In this document: one piece after another, positions 1 to 13,040 of the stretch
Position numbering within the stretch: the stretch's first letter is position 1
Layout: each line of letters opens with the position of its first letter
Source: Antechinus flavipes
Taxonomy: Eukaryota
Reading direction: 5' to 3'
NCBI RefSeq assembly: GCF_016432865.1
Contig: NC_067399.1
Span: 595,696,001-595,760,000, forward strand
DNA length: 64,000 nucleotides
Translations under genes and position numbers: made by a program
Notes under the pieces: model-generated
The model's input: the letters and a program-made list of their open reading frames with translations, nothing else
Told to the model about the DNA's origin: nothing
The model's database searches: none

Positions 1-385
1 TAACAATGAGATGATTCAGACCAATTCCAATGATCTTGTGATTAAGAGAGCCGTCTACACCCAGAGATAGGTAAGACTGTGGGGACTGAATATGAATTAT
101 AATATAGTATTGTTTTTGTTGTTGTTTGCTTTTGTTCTCTTTCTCATTTTTACTTTTTTATCTGATTTTTCTTGTGCGGCACTATATTTGTAGAAATATG
201 TATAGAAGAATTGCACATGTTTAACATATATTGGTTTACTTACACTGTCTAGGGGAGAAGGTAGGGGAAGGGAGGGAAAAATTTTGGAACACCAGGTTTT
301 TCAAGGGCAAAGGTTGAAAATTATCCATGCATATATTTTGAAAATAAAAAGCTTTAATTAAAAATAAAATAAAAATAAAAAAGAA
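1..385 (+). mobile_element. Marsupial L1 3' UTR with A-rich tail
   Basis: Typical marsupial L1 3' end (gaagaattgcacatgtttaacatatattgg...aaaattatccatgcatatattttgaaaataaaaagc) followed by an A-rich tail. Homologous to the copies at 5000-5340 and 61395-61570. Confidence 0.85.
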
Positions 386-509
386 GGTTGAAAACTATCT
401 TTACATATTTAAAGATATTTATATATCTTTATATAATCATACTGAGAAAAAAAAGTAAAATAAAACAACTAAGAAGAGGTACATTAATAGTACCCTAGGT
501 CTTGAGAGC

Positions 510-752
510 GGCAGATTAGGTGGCACGATAGATAGAGCACAGGGTTTCCAATCAGAAAGACTCATTGTCATGAGTTCAAATCCACTCCAAACACTTACTA
601 TATCTGGGTGGCTCTGGGCAAGTCACTTAATATTATTTGCCTCACTTTTCTCATTTGTAAAATGAACTGAAGAAAGAAAGGGTAAACCAGTATCTTTTTT
701 CAAGAATATCCAAAAATGAAGTCACTAAAAGTCTGACATAACTGAACAAAAA
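510..752 (+). mobile_element. MAR1/MIR-type CORE-SINE
   Basis: tRNA-like head (ggtggcacgatagatagagcac), CORE (ctgggcaagtcacttaa...ctcatttgtaaaatga) and RTE-like tail (gtctgacataactgaacaa). Confidence 0.75.
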
Positions 753-3224
753 ACCCAGCTTTAAAAGTCAAACTAAGCTATTCAGCTGAAACCAAGTACT
801 CAGTTGAATTTTAATTTCCTTAAAAAAAATTCAGGCCTGATTCATATATATTATAAAGCACATAGAAGAGACAGACAGGGGAATATCTGTTTGAAAATTT
901 AATAGCCTATACTTAAACGTAATCTAAGCATATTTGTATGAAAATAATATCATAGAGTAAGTTCATCTTTGCTGGGCTGGTAGGTTTACTGTGAAAAGCT
1001 ATTAAATAGTAAATATGCACTGACATTTTTTCCGGTTTTAAAGTCAAGTCATACTTGAAGAGAAAGTAAACAACTAGTTTCACTTTTTCATTTTTGTGGT
1101 TGCTGATGGTATGCTCCCCTGGAAAAAAATCATGATAAATAAAATTGTTGCCCAGCAGTCATGGACTCATATGCTCATAGGTGAAAAGGCCCAAAAAGTG
1201 ATCAATCAATATGTAGTCCAGCTACCCAATCATTTTAGGAAGATGAAAAATCTGTCCTATGATATTTTTCAAAAGTTTCCCCCCACCTCTCTTGATAACC
1301 CCTTCCAGCTTTTTCATCCTTTCACCACCAGCTAATCATTTCTCCTATTTCATGTAAAGCCCTTGTGTGATTTATTTAAGACAGAATTCCCGCTTCTAAT
1401 CTCAGTACAGAACCCTTGTATGTAATCTAAATAAGCTCCCTTATAATAAAGTATGTGATGGTAACATTCTCCATCAGTCTTGTCTACACTGGACCAGTTT
1501 GCATCACTCTGATTTCTCTGGGTACTAAGTTATCTCAAGGCTTGATTCTGGCCTTCGTTCTTTTAAATGCTCTTTAGTTGGGAATGATGGATGACACTGG
1601 TGACATGACCTCCTCTCATTTTTATAGATATATAAACTGAGGCCCCAAAGAGTTAAGTCACAAGGTTACTCAAGTCAGCAGGGAAAGAACCAGAAGCCCT
1701 AACCCTGTTTCCCCTATATTAAGATAGTGAAAGCGATTATAATCTTCAATATGAAATAAAAGTTCTTAAAAAATAATATACCCCCATCACACAGACGCAC
1801 ACAACTGTAAAATCAAAACAAAATAAGATGTTGCTACACAAGCTTGGCAATGTGGAAGATAAATATTCTAAGAATAGTTGAATCAGCCTAATTCCTATAG
1901 AGAGGAAAGATATATCAGTTTCCATTCCTGGAATGATTCCTTCATTCACCCCAAAGATATATATGATGAAGAAAACAAGCCAAGATCTATGTTAGAAATA
2001 TGGAAAAATGAACAGGATTCATGTCAGTCCAAAAGGCATTTATTAAATTCCTACAATATACAAAACTCTGTGCTAAGCATCGATACTAATAACTATAATA
2101 CAAGCTTGAATGAATAAAATGTGAACAGTAATGAGATGGTAATGAGTTTAGAGGATAGAGATAATATTTCCTTCTGGTATCAGGGTTGACTTCAAGGAAA
2201 AGTCAGCATTTGATCTAAACCTTGAAAGCAGATAGGAATTGGAAAAGTAGATGTGGAGAAGGCTACCAGGCAGAGGGAATAGTATGAAAAACCTGAATTT
2301 TCAGTGAAGTATTTTGAAACGGATTGTCTGCTCCAGAGGCTATCATCCGATTTAGGCAGATATAAATGATCTTTACTATATCCAATAAAGTGTAATGACA
2401 GAATTAGTTGACATTCTTTTGCTTAACAGTGCTTGCAAATTTAAAGCATAAAAGATAATATCTGTTGTTGCTACTCGGCAGGGCTTGAAAGCAACCCAAC
2501 CAAATGGGAGGGATGGCTGTAGATCGGAGAGTTTGCCTTTTCTCCTCCAAGAGTGGGTGGGGAGAGGAAAGAACAGACTGTCCCAGTGTAGATGTTGGGA
2601 GAAGTTGAAATTGTCGTAGAAGTCTATCCCCCAACTTACGTGGAAGGAAAAGTGCAGGGTTCTGAAGCAAAGACTTCAGACAGCATCACTTAACCTTTTG
2701 CTAATTATAAATTATGCAAATCTCCAGTCACTTGTCCCCCACCCCTTTCAAAGCAGAAAAATACTTAGGCAGTGTTTACACCTGTAGCAGGGGAGGAGGG
2801 AGCAGCTGGCAAAGGCTTCCACATTCTGACTCTAGCTTACCCTTGTCTTTTGTGTTTTCTCAAGCAGAAGAGAACTATGTGATAATGAAATATTTATAGA
2901 GGACTTCACACTTTCCAAACACCACAGTGTCTCTTGGTATATCTCAATGTTGCAAGGTCCGAAGAATAATGAAGCCCCGATTTGGAAGTGAAATAGACCT
3001 AAGAGTCCACAAGATGAGGAAATAGACTTCAACCCAACTCATGCATAAGTTGCAGGGTTAGAACATAATTTCAGATCAGAAGATTCCACATAGAGCTCTT
3101 TTAGCTTCTTCATTCTTTTTTCCTCTTATCCACAGGGCTGTATTGTTATTTTTATTATTATCATTATTTTAATGTTGTTATTCTCATTTTATATTGATGA
3201 AAGATATGCAAATTGAAAATAATT

Positions 3225-4070
3225 CTGAGTTATTGCTCCACACCTGTCATTTCAACTAACACAACAGAAAAGGAAAATGACAAATGCTGGAGGGGACGAG
3301 GGAAAATTAAAACACTAATGTAATATTTGTGAAGTTGTACACTGATTCAAGCATTCTTTAAAGCAATTTGGAACTATGTCCAAAGGGTTATAATACCATG
3401 TATATACCCTTTGACTTAGTCTTCCCATTATTTGTCAGTATCCGAAAAGAGACAAAATACAAAAAGGAAAAGGAATGATGTTACAAAAATACTTGTAGCA
3501 GCTATTTTCTGGGGGCAAAGAATTGGAAATTGTGGGGATGCCCACCAACTGGGGAATTAGTTGAAGTTGTTGTATTATGTGATTATGATGGAATACTATT
3601 GTCCTATATGAAATGAAAAGCTGGGCACTATCAGAAAACTTGGAAAGATTTACATAAGTGAAATAAGCAGAATCAGGAGACCATTGTACACATTAACAGC
3701 AATATTATATAATAATCTACCAAGAATAATTTAACTATTCTCAGCAATATAATGATCCAAGACAGTTCTGTAGAACTGATGAACTTATAATAGAAAAAGA
3801 ACTGGTAGGGCCTAAAAGCATATCAAAGATACTTTTTCTTTATTTTTCTTGGTTATTTTTTTTCCCTCTGCTTTCTTTCACAGAATGACTTAGATAGAAA
3901 TGGGCTTTGCATGACTACACATGTATAACCTATGTCAAATTGCTTGTCTTCTCAATGGAGATGGGGGAATAGAGGGAGAGAATTTGGAACTCAAAATCTG
4001 GAGTAAAAAATGTTAAAATTGTTTTTACGTGTAATTGGGAAAAATAAACAATTAAATAAGGAAAAAAGAT
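3225..4070 (+). mobile_element. Old L1 fragment (degenerate ORF2 3' end plus 3' UTR)
   Basis: aaatgacaaatgctggagggga..., gcaatttggaactatgtccaaa, cataccctttgac, ending in an A-rich tail. Confidence 0.8.
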
Positions 4071-4320
4071 TAATACTAAATGTTTTGTGATTTATTGTGG
4101 TTGGTTTTTTAATAGACTTTGGCTCAAAATCTAAGCATTCTCCAGCTTCCAATGCACTGAAGTTTGATGTTAGTTTATATTATGGCTTTGTTCCCTTGTA
4201 TGATGAAAATCCGCTAAAGACAGATTTAAAATTGTTCTCCTGGTTCCTATCTGATAAAGGTTTATGTCTTATTCTACAAAAGGAAAAAGGGTACTGAAGC
4301 AAAAGTATCTCTTTAAAATT

Positions 4321-4360
4321 AAATTAAATTTAAATTAAAAATAAATTAAATTTAAATTAA
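4321..4360. repeat. AT-only 18-bp direct repeat at an L1 5' junction
   Basis: aaattaaatttaaattaa at 4321-4338 and 4343-4360. Confidence 0.8.
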
Positions 4361-4361
4361 T

Positions 4362-5340
4362 AATTGGCTAATGGATATGAACAATTTTCAGACAAAGAAA
4401 TTAAAGCCACTTTTAGTCATATGAAAAAATGTTCTAAATCACTTTTACTTAGAGAAATGCAAATTGAGATAACTCTGAGGAAACACTTAACACTTCTCAG
4501 ATTGGCTAAAATGACAGGAAAAGACAATGATAAATATTGGATGGGATGTGGAAAAACTGGGACACTAATGAATTGTTGGTGGGGTTGTAAAATGATCCAA
4601 ACATTCTAGAGAGCAAGTTGGGACTATGTCCAAAGAATTATAAACCTGTGCATACCCTTTGATCCAGTAGTGTTTCTACTGGGTTTGTATCCCAAAGAGA
4701 TCATAAAGGAGGGAAAAAGGACTCACATGTACAAAAATGTTTATAGCTGCTCTTTTTGTACTGACAAGGAAATGAAGATTGAATGGATGCCTATCAATTA
4801 GAGAATGGTTAAATAAATTGTGGTATATACAAAATAATGATATATTATTTTTCTATAAGAAATGATGAGCAGGCCGATTCAGAAAAGTCTGGAAAAACTT
4901 AATTGAACTGATTCTGAGTGAAGTGAGTAGAACCCAGAGAACATTGTACATAGTAACAAGAAGATTATGAAATGATCAACTGTGATGGACTTGGCTCTTC
5001 TCAACAATGAAGTGATTCAAGTCAATTCCAATATATTTGTAATTGGGAAGTGCCATCTGCATACAGAGAGAGAACTATGGAGACTGAAATGTGGACCAAA
5101 GGTATTTTCACCTTTTTGTTATTGTTGTTGTTTGTTGTTTTTTTTCCTCTTGTTTTTTTTCCCTTTTGATCTGATTTTTCTTGTACAGCTGATAAATATG
5201 AAAATAAATTTAGAAGAGTTGCCCATGTTTAAATTATATACAATTGCTAGTTGTCTTGGGACAGGAGAAGAGAAGGGAGAAAATTTTGGAACGCAAGGTT
5301 TTGCAAAGTTGAATACTTTGGGAATGAAAGGAAAACTAAA
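4362..5340 (+). mobile_element. 5'-truncated L1 (ORF2 C-terminus plus 3' UTR)
   Basis: ORF 4364-4609 reads ...HMKKCSKSLLLREMQIEITLRKHLTLLRLAKM...WMGCGKTGTLMNCWWGCK, the recognisable L1 ORF2 C-terminal region. Confidence 0.92.
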
Positions 5341-5431
5341 TTAGGGCATCTCCTTAAAATCCTCTATCTTGTTTTGTACTCCAAAGATCAGGGGAAAGTT
5401 TCCAAATTTAGACCCACCTATCAGTTCACAC

Positions 5432-5461
5432 CTGTGTCCAGCTGTGTCCAGCTGTGTCCAG
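5432..5461. repeat. Tandem repeat (CTGTGTCCAG)x3
   Basis: Three perfect 10-bp units read directly from the sequence. Confidence 0.95.
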
Positions 5462-5739
5462 GGATCTATCTGCTAATTCTCCAACAGCCTCTGTCACATG
5501 TTAATACCTAATATCTTTATCAACCATGCTTCTAAGGCAGCTTTCATCTCAACCAATTGATATAGCCAGTCAATAGTCTGTCAATCAACAACCATTTATT
5601 AAGTACCAGTTTATGTTCTAGTAACACCAAAATATACTAGGGATAGAAAGAAATGCAAAACCAGTAGTTAGTATAGGATGTCTTTACCAACCTTTGCCTA
5701 TCTTTCCCAAATTGTCTCTTACCTTTAATAACAATAACA

Positions 5740-5965
5740 TAACCAATCATAATATGAAGCTTTAAGGTGTATAAAGCACTCTGCAAATATCTCATTTGAT
5801 CTTCATAACAATTCTGAGAAGTAGGCAGTAGCAATACCTACTTTTTACAGATAAAAAAACTGAAGGAAACAATAGTTAAATTGTCCCAGAGTCACATAAC
5901 CAGAAATTATGAGTCTGAGTTTGCACTTAGGTTTTACTGACTCCAGATCCAATATTCCAACCAGC
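5740..5965 (-). mobile_element. MIR/MAR1-type SINE
   Basis: atctcatttgatcttcataacaattctgagaagtagg...ttttacagataaaaaaactgaagg is the reverse complement of the MIR CORE. Confidence 0.7.
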
Positions 5966-8359
5966 TTATCATTGTCCTATCTCAAATGCAAAGTTAAAGA
6001 GTTTTCTGAGAACATAATGGAGAGATTCTTTATTTTTTCCTTTATTTTTGTATATCTCTTTAGATTCCTATTATTCATGAGATTAACAGTATCAAAAATT
6101 CTTCTTGAAACCTGACCTTAAATTTTAAACTACTTAATTGTGTAAATGTCACTGAAATAAGGGCAATATCACAAGTGTGCCTACCTTTAAAAAGACTTAT
6201 GGTCAACTGCATAAGGCCTACACACTTTCCATTAAGAATACTTAAAGTTAGATATTTATATGAGTCTTAAAATCATAACTTATTGGTGTTTTTAATTTCA
6301 AAAATCAAACATTACTATATTCCTTTAGAGTGGCAGCAACCAATTAAAAATCAAAATTCAGAGATCTAATAATGAAAGGGACCTCAGAGGCCATGTAGTC
6401 CAATAGCCTCATTTTACAGGCAAGGTAGCTCAATTTGCAAGACAATGACATATAAGGCTGTATCCCACCAACTAAAAGTTGGAAAGACCTAGTTTATTAT
6501 TAAAATATTGCTTGGCTTTCCCCCGCCCCCTTTTCCCCTTCCTTTTTCTCTTCCCCTCCCTTCCCCTTCTCCCTCTTCTCCCTTACTACTTAAGGGTTTT
6601 ACACACCAACCTGAAGTTCTGCCTGACTGAGCTAAATATTACTTTGAAATCCTTTGGACTGTTTGAAAAGGAAACTGGTTGCATGTGAACATACTGTGAG
6701 AAGCTGCCTCTTGGAGCATGAAACGGAGCTGTGTAAATGAAGTCCGGATGGTTGATAAGCAAGTCTGAAGTGGCTACATAGCCAGGAAGCCCAAACAGTG
6801 CTGTATCTCTAATTACTTCTTTCTAGTTTCCAACCTTTCTTTTGGAAAGGTGATCTCACTTATTCCAACCAATCAGTCATCCAACACACTGACCCCTTTG
6901 GACAATAATAGAAAGCCAAGACCAGGCTCCTGCGGATCAAAGGGGCTTCTGTGCTTAGTTATTCTAACATAAAATTAATCTAGCACTCTGTTCCTTCTCT
7001 AACAATTCAAAACTGGGAAAGCTAATCCAAGTTTGGAGAATGTTTGCCTTTCTCACATTCAAGAGCCTATAGGAGTTAAAACAGTTTACTTTATTTATTT
7101 TAAAAAAAAAAAAAAGGTATCACTAGCTTCAAATTTCATCCAAGTCTTTCTTCCAGGGGAAATGTGAATAGCTGGACAAGCTGACTAAGGCACAAATTGC
7201 CAAAAGGCAGGACTGAAATAACATAATCCTGAATGGAAGACTTGACTCGGAACTTCCTAATTCTAGCACAATGAATGTCATGGACCTAGCATTATCTCTT
7301 GATTCATAATGGGACAGATGTGGTAATTATTCATATTTGAAATACAAATAAGGAGGAAGTGAGGAGCAGAGGTACTCAGTCACAGGATGACAAAAGCTAT
7401 ATCAATGCTTTAGAATTCCAATGCCCTTTGCACTCTCAAAGACTCACAATAAAAAGGGAATCATGCTATGGAAGAACCAGCAAGTCATCTCACTGAGTCA
7501 GAAGGATCTGAATAGCCCATTTGTTTATTGTAACTTTTTTCCTGAGCACTCAACCAATATCTAGGCTATCCCCAACCCCCCAAAAAGGCCATTTGTTTAT
7601 TGTAACTAACCCAGCATCTAACCCTCACAGCCTCTTCCAATAGCTACCTTGTTCCCCATCCAATCTCATTCTCTTTTCAGCTGAAATAATACAAAATAAA
7701 ACATGCCATGCTTTGGGCCTATCACTCATGGTCTAATCACTCAGTCTTTTGTCTATCAATCATTACATTTTTTGAGTAAAAAAAAGTTCCTTGTAGTGAC
7801 ACATAGTCCTAACATCTCTTGGATTTTAAACTGACTCAAAGGAATTTTTTTTCTTTTCCTTATTTGTACAGACACAGAGATGGCAAGAGTTTATAGAACT
7901 TAGCAATGTGGCTATGATCATGCTGACATCTCAATTCTCTAATTTTTCATGTTTTAATGCAATGTTTCTGTTCATTGTCTATGGTGATGTGGGTGTTAAT
8001 AAATGGTAAGCAATAAGAATTTGACCACAAAACCACCCACATGTTTTTGAAGTACTTTTTTAAAACTCTTAAAAATAAATAGAGAAAAAAGCTACTTTTT
8101 AAACTGGGAGAAAGAGGGAAGAAGAGACAGACACGTATATGTTGACCCATTCCCCTCCCCTGTTCCTAAAAATTGACTGATTTTATATATATATATATAT
8201 ATATATATTTTAAATTTTTTATTTGGGCTCCTATCAAGACATTTTAAGAGTTTGAGAATGTATTAAATAAAATATTGGTAAACAAAAACGAAGTACTTAG
8301 TAATACAGTTTGCTTTTTTTTTTTTTAAGTTTGATTTAGAATCAAAAATCACATCTAGT

Positions 8360-8800
8360 TTTACTTGGGAAGTTGTCAGACTCATTCTCTCTTCCAGAGT
8401 CATCAAAATGCAGTGGCAAGACAAAATTTAAATGATTGGCTATGGCTCAGGATGCACTGAATGACCTTGGCAAATCTAATGTCTAGCCAGGTCCCAAGTT
8501 CTTCATAGCACTTGCTTATGTGGTCTTTCTTTGTGGCCCACTGGAACAAAATGTTCACATCAGCCTATTCTACTGGGAAAGTCTTCATATCCTTCAGATA
8601 GACTTCCTGACTGACTCCTTCAACTGATAGCCATGAGACCTATCACTTATTCTCAACTTGGTATAGTCCCATCTGCCAAAATGATTTTACTGGAAATGGG
8701 ACCGCCATATATTCCATAGCTTCTTGGAGACACAGGTTAGAGTTCTGTGACCAAAGGGCACCAAAGGTAGAAAGAAGTCTAGGAAAAAAGCTTGGCTGCC
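8360..8800 (+). mobile_element. Marsupial RTE-related interspersed repeat (MdoRep1/RTE0_Mars-like)
   Basis: ccagagtcatcaaaatgcagtggcaagac...ggcccactggaacaaaatgttcacatc...agcttcttggagacacagg resembles this family as recalled. The family name is uncertain. Confidence 0.55.
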
Positions 8801-8899
8801 CTAGTCTGCTCTAAACACTTATCTACCCTACATGGAGCAGAACCAGAACAAAAATCTCAGTTCTTAGAGAAGCATGGTCAACTTAGACTAAGAGATTCT

Positions 8900-9500
8900 A
8901 CTGTTTTCTGACTTGACCACATCACACAGGGAACATTGTGCTGTATTCAGTTCTAGGTGACAAATACAGATAAAATGCTGAAACACTAAACATCATAAGA
9001 ATATCGATCTAGAGCTGAAGGGTTCTTCAGAGGCCGTTCAATCCAACACCTTAATTTTACAGGGAGGAGTTAAAAGTAACAGATCACTCGAAAAAGGCTG
9101 GCAAGATGATAAGGGACCTCTAGGCTATGACATAATAGGATGAATGGAAGGAAGGAGAATTTTTGGCATGGAAAAGGAAAGACTTAGAAAGGATATTTCC
9201 CCCCCCTATTTAATTGTCTGAAAGGTTGTCAAAGATGATGAATAAAATTTGTTTAGCTTTTGCCCAGAAGCAATAGGTGTAAACTGCAACAGAGCAGATT
9301 TAACCTTAAGGTAAGAATTCCCAATCTTGAGAACTATCTAGGGAAAAGGTTAATGTTAACAGATTTAGGAAGTTTATCTCCTCATGGAATTAGGAGGTTT
9401 ATGCTCTTTGGAATTTCTTAAGCAAAACCTAAATGATCACTTGTCAGAGTTACTGTAGAAGACTTACTTTTTCCAAGAGTGGTTTGGTTGGGCCTCTGAG
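8900..9500 (+). mobile_element. CR1/L3 LINE 3' fragment, interrupted by a MIR-like piece (~8990-9075)
   Basis: tgtattcagttctagg..., ggaaaaggaaagactta, ctgaaaggttgtc, aaactgcaacagagcagattt are typical L3 3' motifs. Confidence 0.65.
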
Positions 9501-11419
9501 ATTTTTCCCAAGGCTGAGAACTTATCTATCACCTGTCCCCTCTGCCAATGTTCTTTCCACTACACCACCCAGAAAAATTCTTTAGTGTTCTTGTACATTG
9601 CAGGATTAAGTTTTTCTTGGATGCACGTTATGTTTTCTGCATAATTAATAGCATTTGGAATGACAGTGAAAATTCCCAGGCACCCAGTTGGATATGTAAG
9701 CAGCAACTGGACTTCAAAATCATTTGCTTTAGGGCACTGTGAGTTGGTGGGGTAAGCAAAGAGTCATTAGCACTTGAAATGTTCTCCACTCATTGGCTGC
9801 CCTTTCTAGAATCAGGTTCCATGCTCCACTGCTCTGATATTAGCTCGGGTGAAAGGAGACCTTGTGCTGGCTTCTGTAACAGGAAAGGTGGGGCCTCTGA
9901 CCTCTCAGCATCTGAGGAGGGGGAGAGCACATTTTCTTGGACAAACCACCTTGGTGAAAAAAGGTAATCAATGGGCTAGTCAGCTGTAGCAACAGCAGAT
10001 GCTACAGTGTTCAAGGCTTCCAACTCTTTCCAGAGACAAATGCTGCCTGAAGTCAATAGGAAATAATTACTTCTCCCTGAATATGAATGTTACAAATGAT
10101 AACACTAATGATGTGAGGAGGGAAAAAAAAATTAATAATAAAAGCGCTCTGGTCACAAAGAAGGGGAATGCTACAGATGCAAGTCCTTATGTAAGGTACT
10201 CACTCTAGGATACTATGTATCAAGGGAACCTGGTGAATAACAGAGAGTTCATGAAAGCTAAGGGCTACAATGCTACACATTTTATCCTTTCATTTTTCCT
10301 TAGTCAGTTCCCCATTTGCTGTTTTCTCCTCCTACACACTGAAGAGAAAGTTAAATCCCTTAGTAAATAATTGCTTATGAAGTGATCTTTTAATTTAATT
10401 TAACATTTATTAAGTGCTTACTGTATTCTCATCCTTATGAAAAGTGTTAGGAAGATTAAACAAAAATGGGGGAGGGAAGAAATCAGTTGCTTAAAGAATT
10501 TATGTTCTTTTATTTTTGAGAAAGCAATTATTCCAATCTACCTTGAACTGTTTTGATATTATTCCATCTGCAGACGGGGATCTAAGGTGCATTCGTCTTC
10601 TTGGTAAGTTCACCACACTGATTTTAACAGGGAGAGACTAAGTGAATAGAATGCCATACTCTGGTGAGCAATTATATATTATGCTAAGCTATATTGTGAG
10701 TCATTACAACTTGTGGGATGTGACAGATATGATGAACAGAGTTCTCTCAATTGTCAATGATCATGAACAACAGATGGATTTATGCAATCTATAGGTGGCA
10801 CTCAAACAGTATTCCATCAGCCTCAACAAGAATATCATTTGTTATTTGCCATTCTTTTGACTAGGGCTGCTCACAAGCAAGAAATAATTGTTTTGAGGGT
10901 TATCTTTTTATGTCAAACAAACTTAATAAATAAATCTTAGTTAACTTATTGCATTCTTGATTAATGGAGGAAAAGCCAAAAGTAAAAGAAAAAAAGGAAG
11001 GAAAAGGGGGAAAATGATCTCAGTACTTCATAATGGGCTCTCAGAGTTGGCTGCCCCTGTAGACATATTCAATATTTTTAAAAGTTAGGTATGTCATGGA
11101 TTTGCGTCTTCTATCCATCAATGTATAGGATTGTAACTTTCACACTTTAACACATGTGGTCTTTTTGAGTTGCTTTTTCACAAATCATGATGATAACAAT
11201 AGCTAGGGTGTATATACACACATATATGATATAGATTTTTAGTCACATATAGTTGCGGCTCTTGTGTGGACCCTGAGACAATCTTTCATTGACTTGCTGG
11301 CTGATACCAGCTGCTCATCAGGTTCCTTTGATGTCATAAGCCCTCTGGAGTAAGTACTTACATATGAATTTGTAGCTGTAGTCCTCCCTAAGCTTTGTGA
11401 CCCAGAGAGATTTCATTTA

Positions 11420-11680
11420 CAGCTAATAAAACAAACATAAATGTTTATATAATGCTTAAAGATTTGCAAAGTATTTTCAAAATATCACCTTGTTTTAAGC
11501 TCACAATAACCTTGGATGAGGTAGGTGCAATTATTATTTCCATTTTGCAGATGACAAAACTATAAGCATATCGATCAAGCTACTTGCCCAGGGTTGCAGA
11601 AGCTGTTAAGCATCCAGGGCTGAATCTGAAATCAGGTCTTCCTGACCTGACATAGTGTTCTAGCCATTGTTCCATTTAAT
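11420..11680 (-). mobile_element. MIR-type SINE
   Basis: ctcacaataaccttggatgaggtaggtgcaattattatttccattttgcagatga...gtcttcctgac. Confidence 0.7.
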
Positions 11681-12809
11681 TGCCTTATTTTGGGGAGGGA
11701 AGGTGGATTTTTTTTTTAATGGCCATCATCTGATGTCTACTCTTCACAGGATGAGACCGAACTTAACAAAGTTAGTCTCTGTACAAAAGATATACAACCC
11801 AGCAAAAGTCCATCCCAAAAATCATTTCCAATTTAATATGATCATGGAGAGATTGTACAATTCTAGCCAAGCCCTGCAGAATTGAGGATGACCTCCTTCT
11901 CACCTCTAGAGGGAAACTGGATGATCATTTTAGGCAAAAGCCAACACAATTCAGTAAGGGAAAAACCAACAAAAATCCCCTTCTTCCAATTCTATAACAG
12001 ATCAATGATGATTTATTGTTTGCAGATAGGACAGAGTCCAGTTTTTCACAATTAAGGAATCCAGAGTCTGAAAGGATCCTGCAGGATGTTTGCCTTTATG
12101 GAATCAACTCTTGGAAATACAGCAAGTTACATAAACACTGGAATGTCTTTCACATGTGCAAAGGATGCTAAAGGGGAAGTCTGCCAGAAATTCACATAAC
12201 TCACTTGTTTTATGTTTGTTTTACTAAATGGCACTCATATATAGTAACGAACTCACTACCTTTGGAGGCTCATTTTAAAAAAGAAAATGATATTAACTTT
12301 TGTTACTGAGACACAAAGAAAAACCATGGGAAACTATATACTATCTGCTTTGGCTATCTAGAACAAGAGCCCAGCCAAACATGTTTCTGTGATTGTTTGA
12401 TGGAAAAGCTAAAGAGAACAATACAATTACATCTTTTACTGATGTTCACATAATCAAAGACTAATTCAATTCCTATTTTTCCTTCTAGAGAAAGCCCTGG
12501 ACTGGGAATTAGGAGACACAATCGTGGTGTATTTCATACACAAAAGCTGAGATAGTGGATAGAGCAGGCCTTCATGCCAGGTAGAGTCCTCCCCTCACAC
12601 ATAAAGGGCAATTGACTATCCTGAGATTCCACTAGGAAATCCTGTACATTTAAATGACAATGTCAATTAAAATTGTAGTTTTCTCACCTGGGAATTTTCT
12701 ATACCAATGAAATCATAGGTCCTATAACCCCCTCTCTATTTTTATAAAAATGTTAATTCAGTTGAGTTGTTATTATGGGAGATGTTGGGAAGGAGAAAGG
12801 AAGGAAAGA

Positions 12810-13040
12810 AATACTTATTCAACATCTACTATTTGAGAAGCAGTATGCTAAGGGCTTTACAAATACCTCATCTGATGCTCATTAACAACCCTGAGGTAGG
12901 TGCTATTAATATCCCCATTTTACAATCAAGAATACAGAGGCTGAATTTAAGTGACTTGTTCAGGGTCACTCAGCTAATAAACATTTAAAGCTGCTTTTGA
13001 CTCTTCCTGACTTTGGCCCATCTCTCTTAAACCACTGCCC
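12810..13040 (-). mobile_element. MIR/MAR1-type SINE
   Basis: caaccctgaggtaggtgctattaatatccccattttaca...aagtgacttgttcagggtcactcagcta. Confidence 0.75.

Noticed and set aside
9984-10007. 8-bp hairpin ctgtagca-N8-tgctacag
   Set aside because: Too short for a pre-miRNA and expected by chance in 64 kb.
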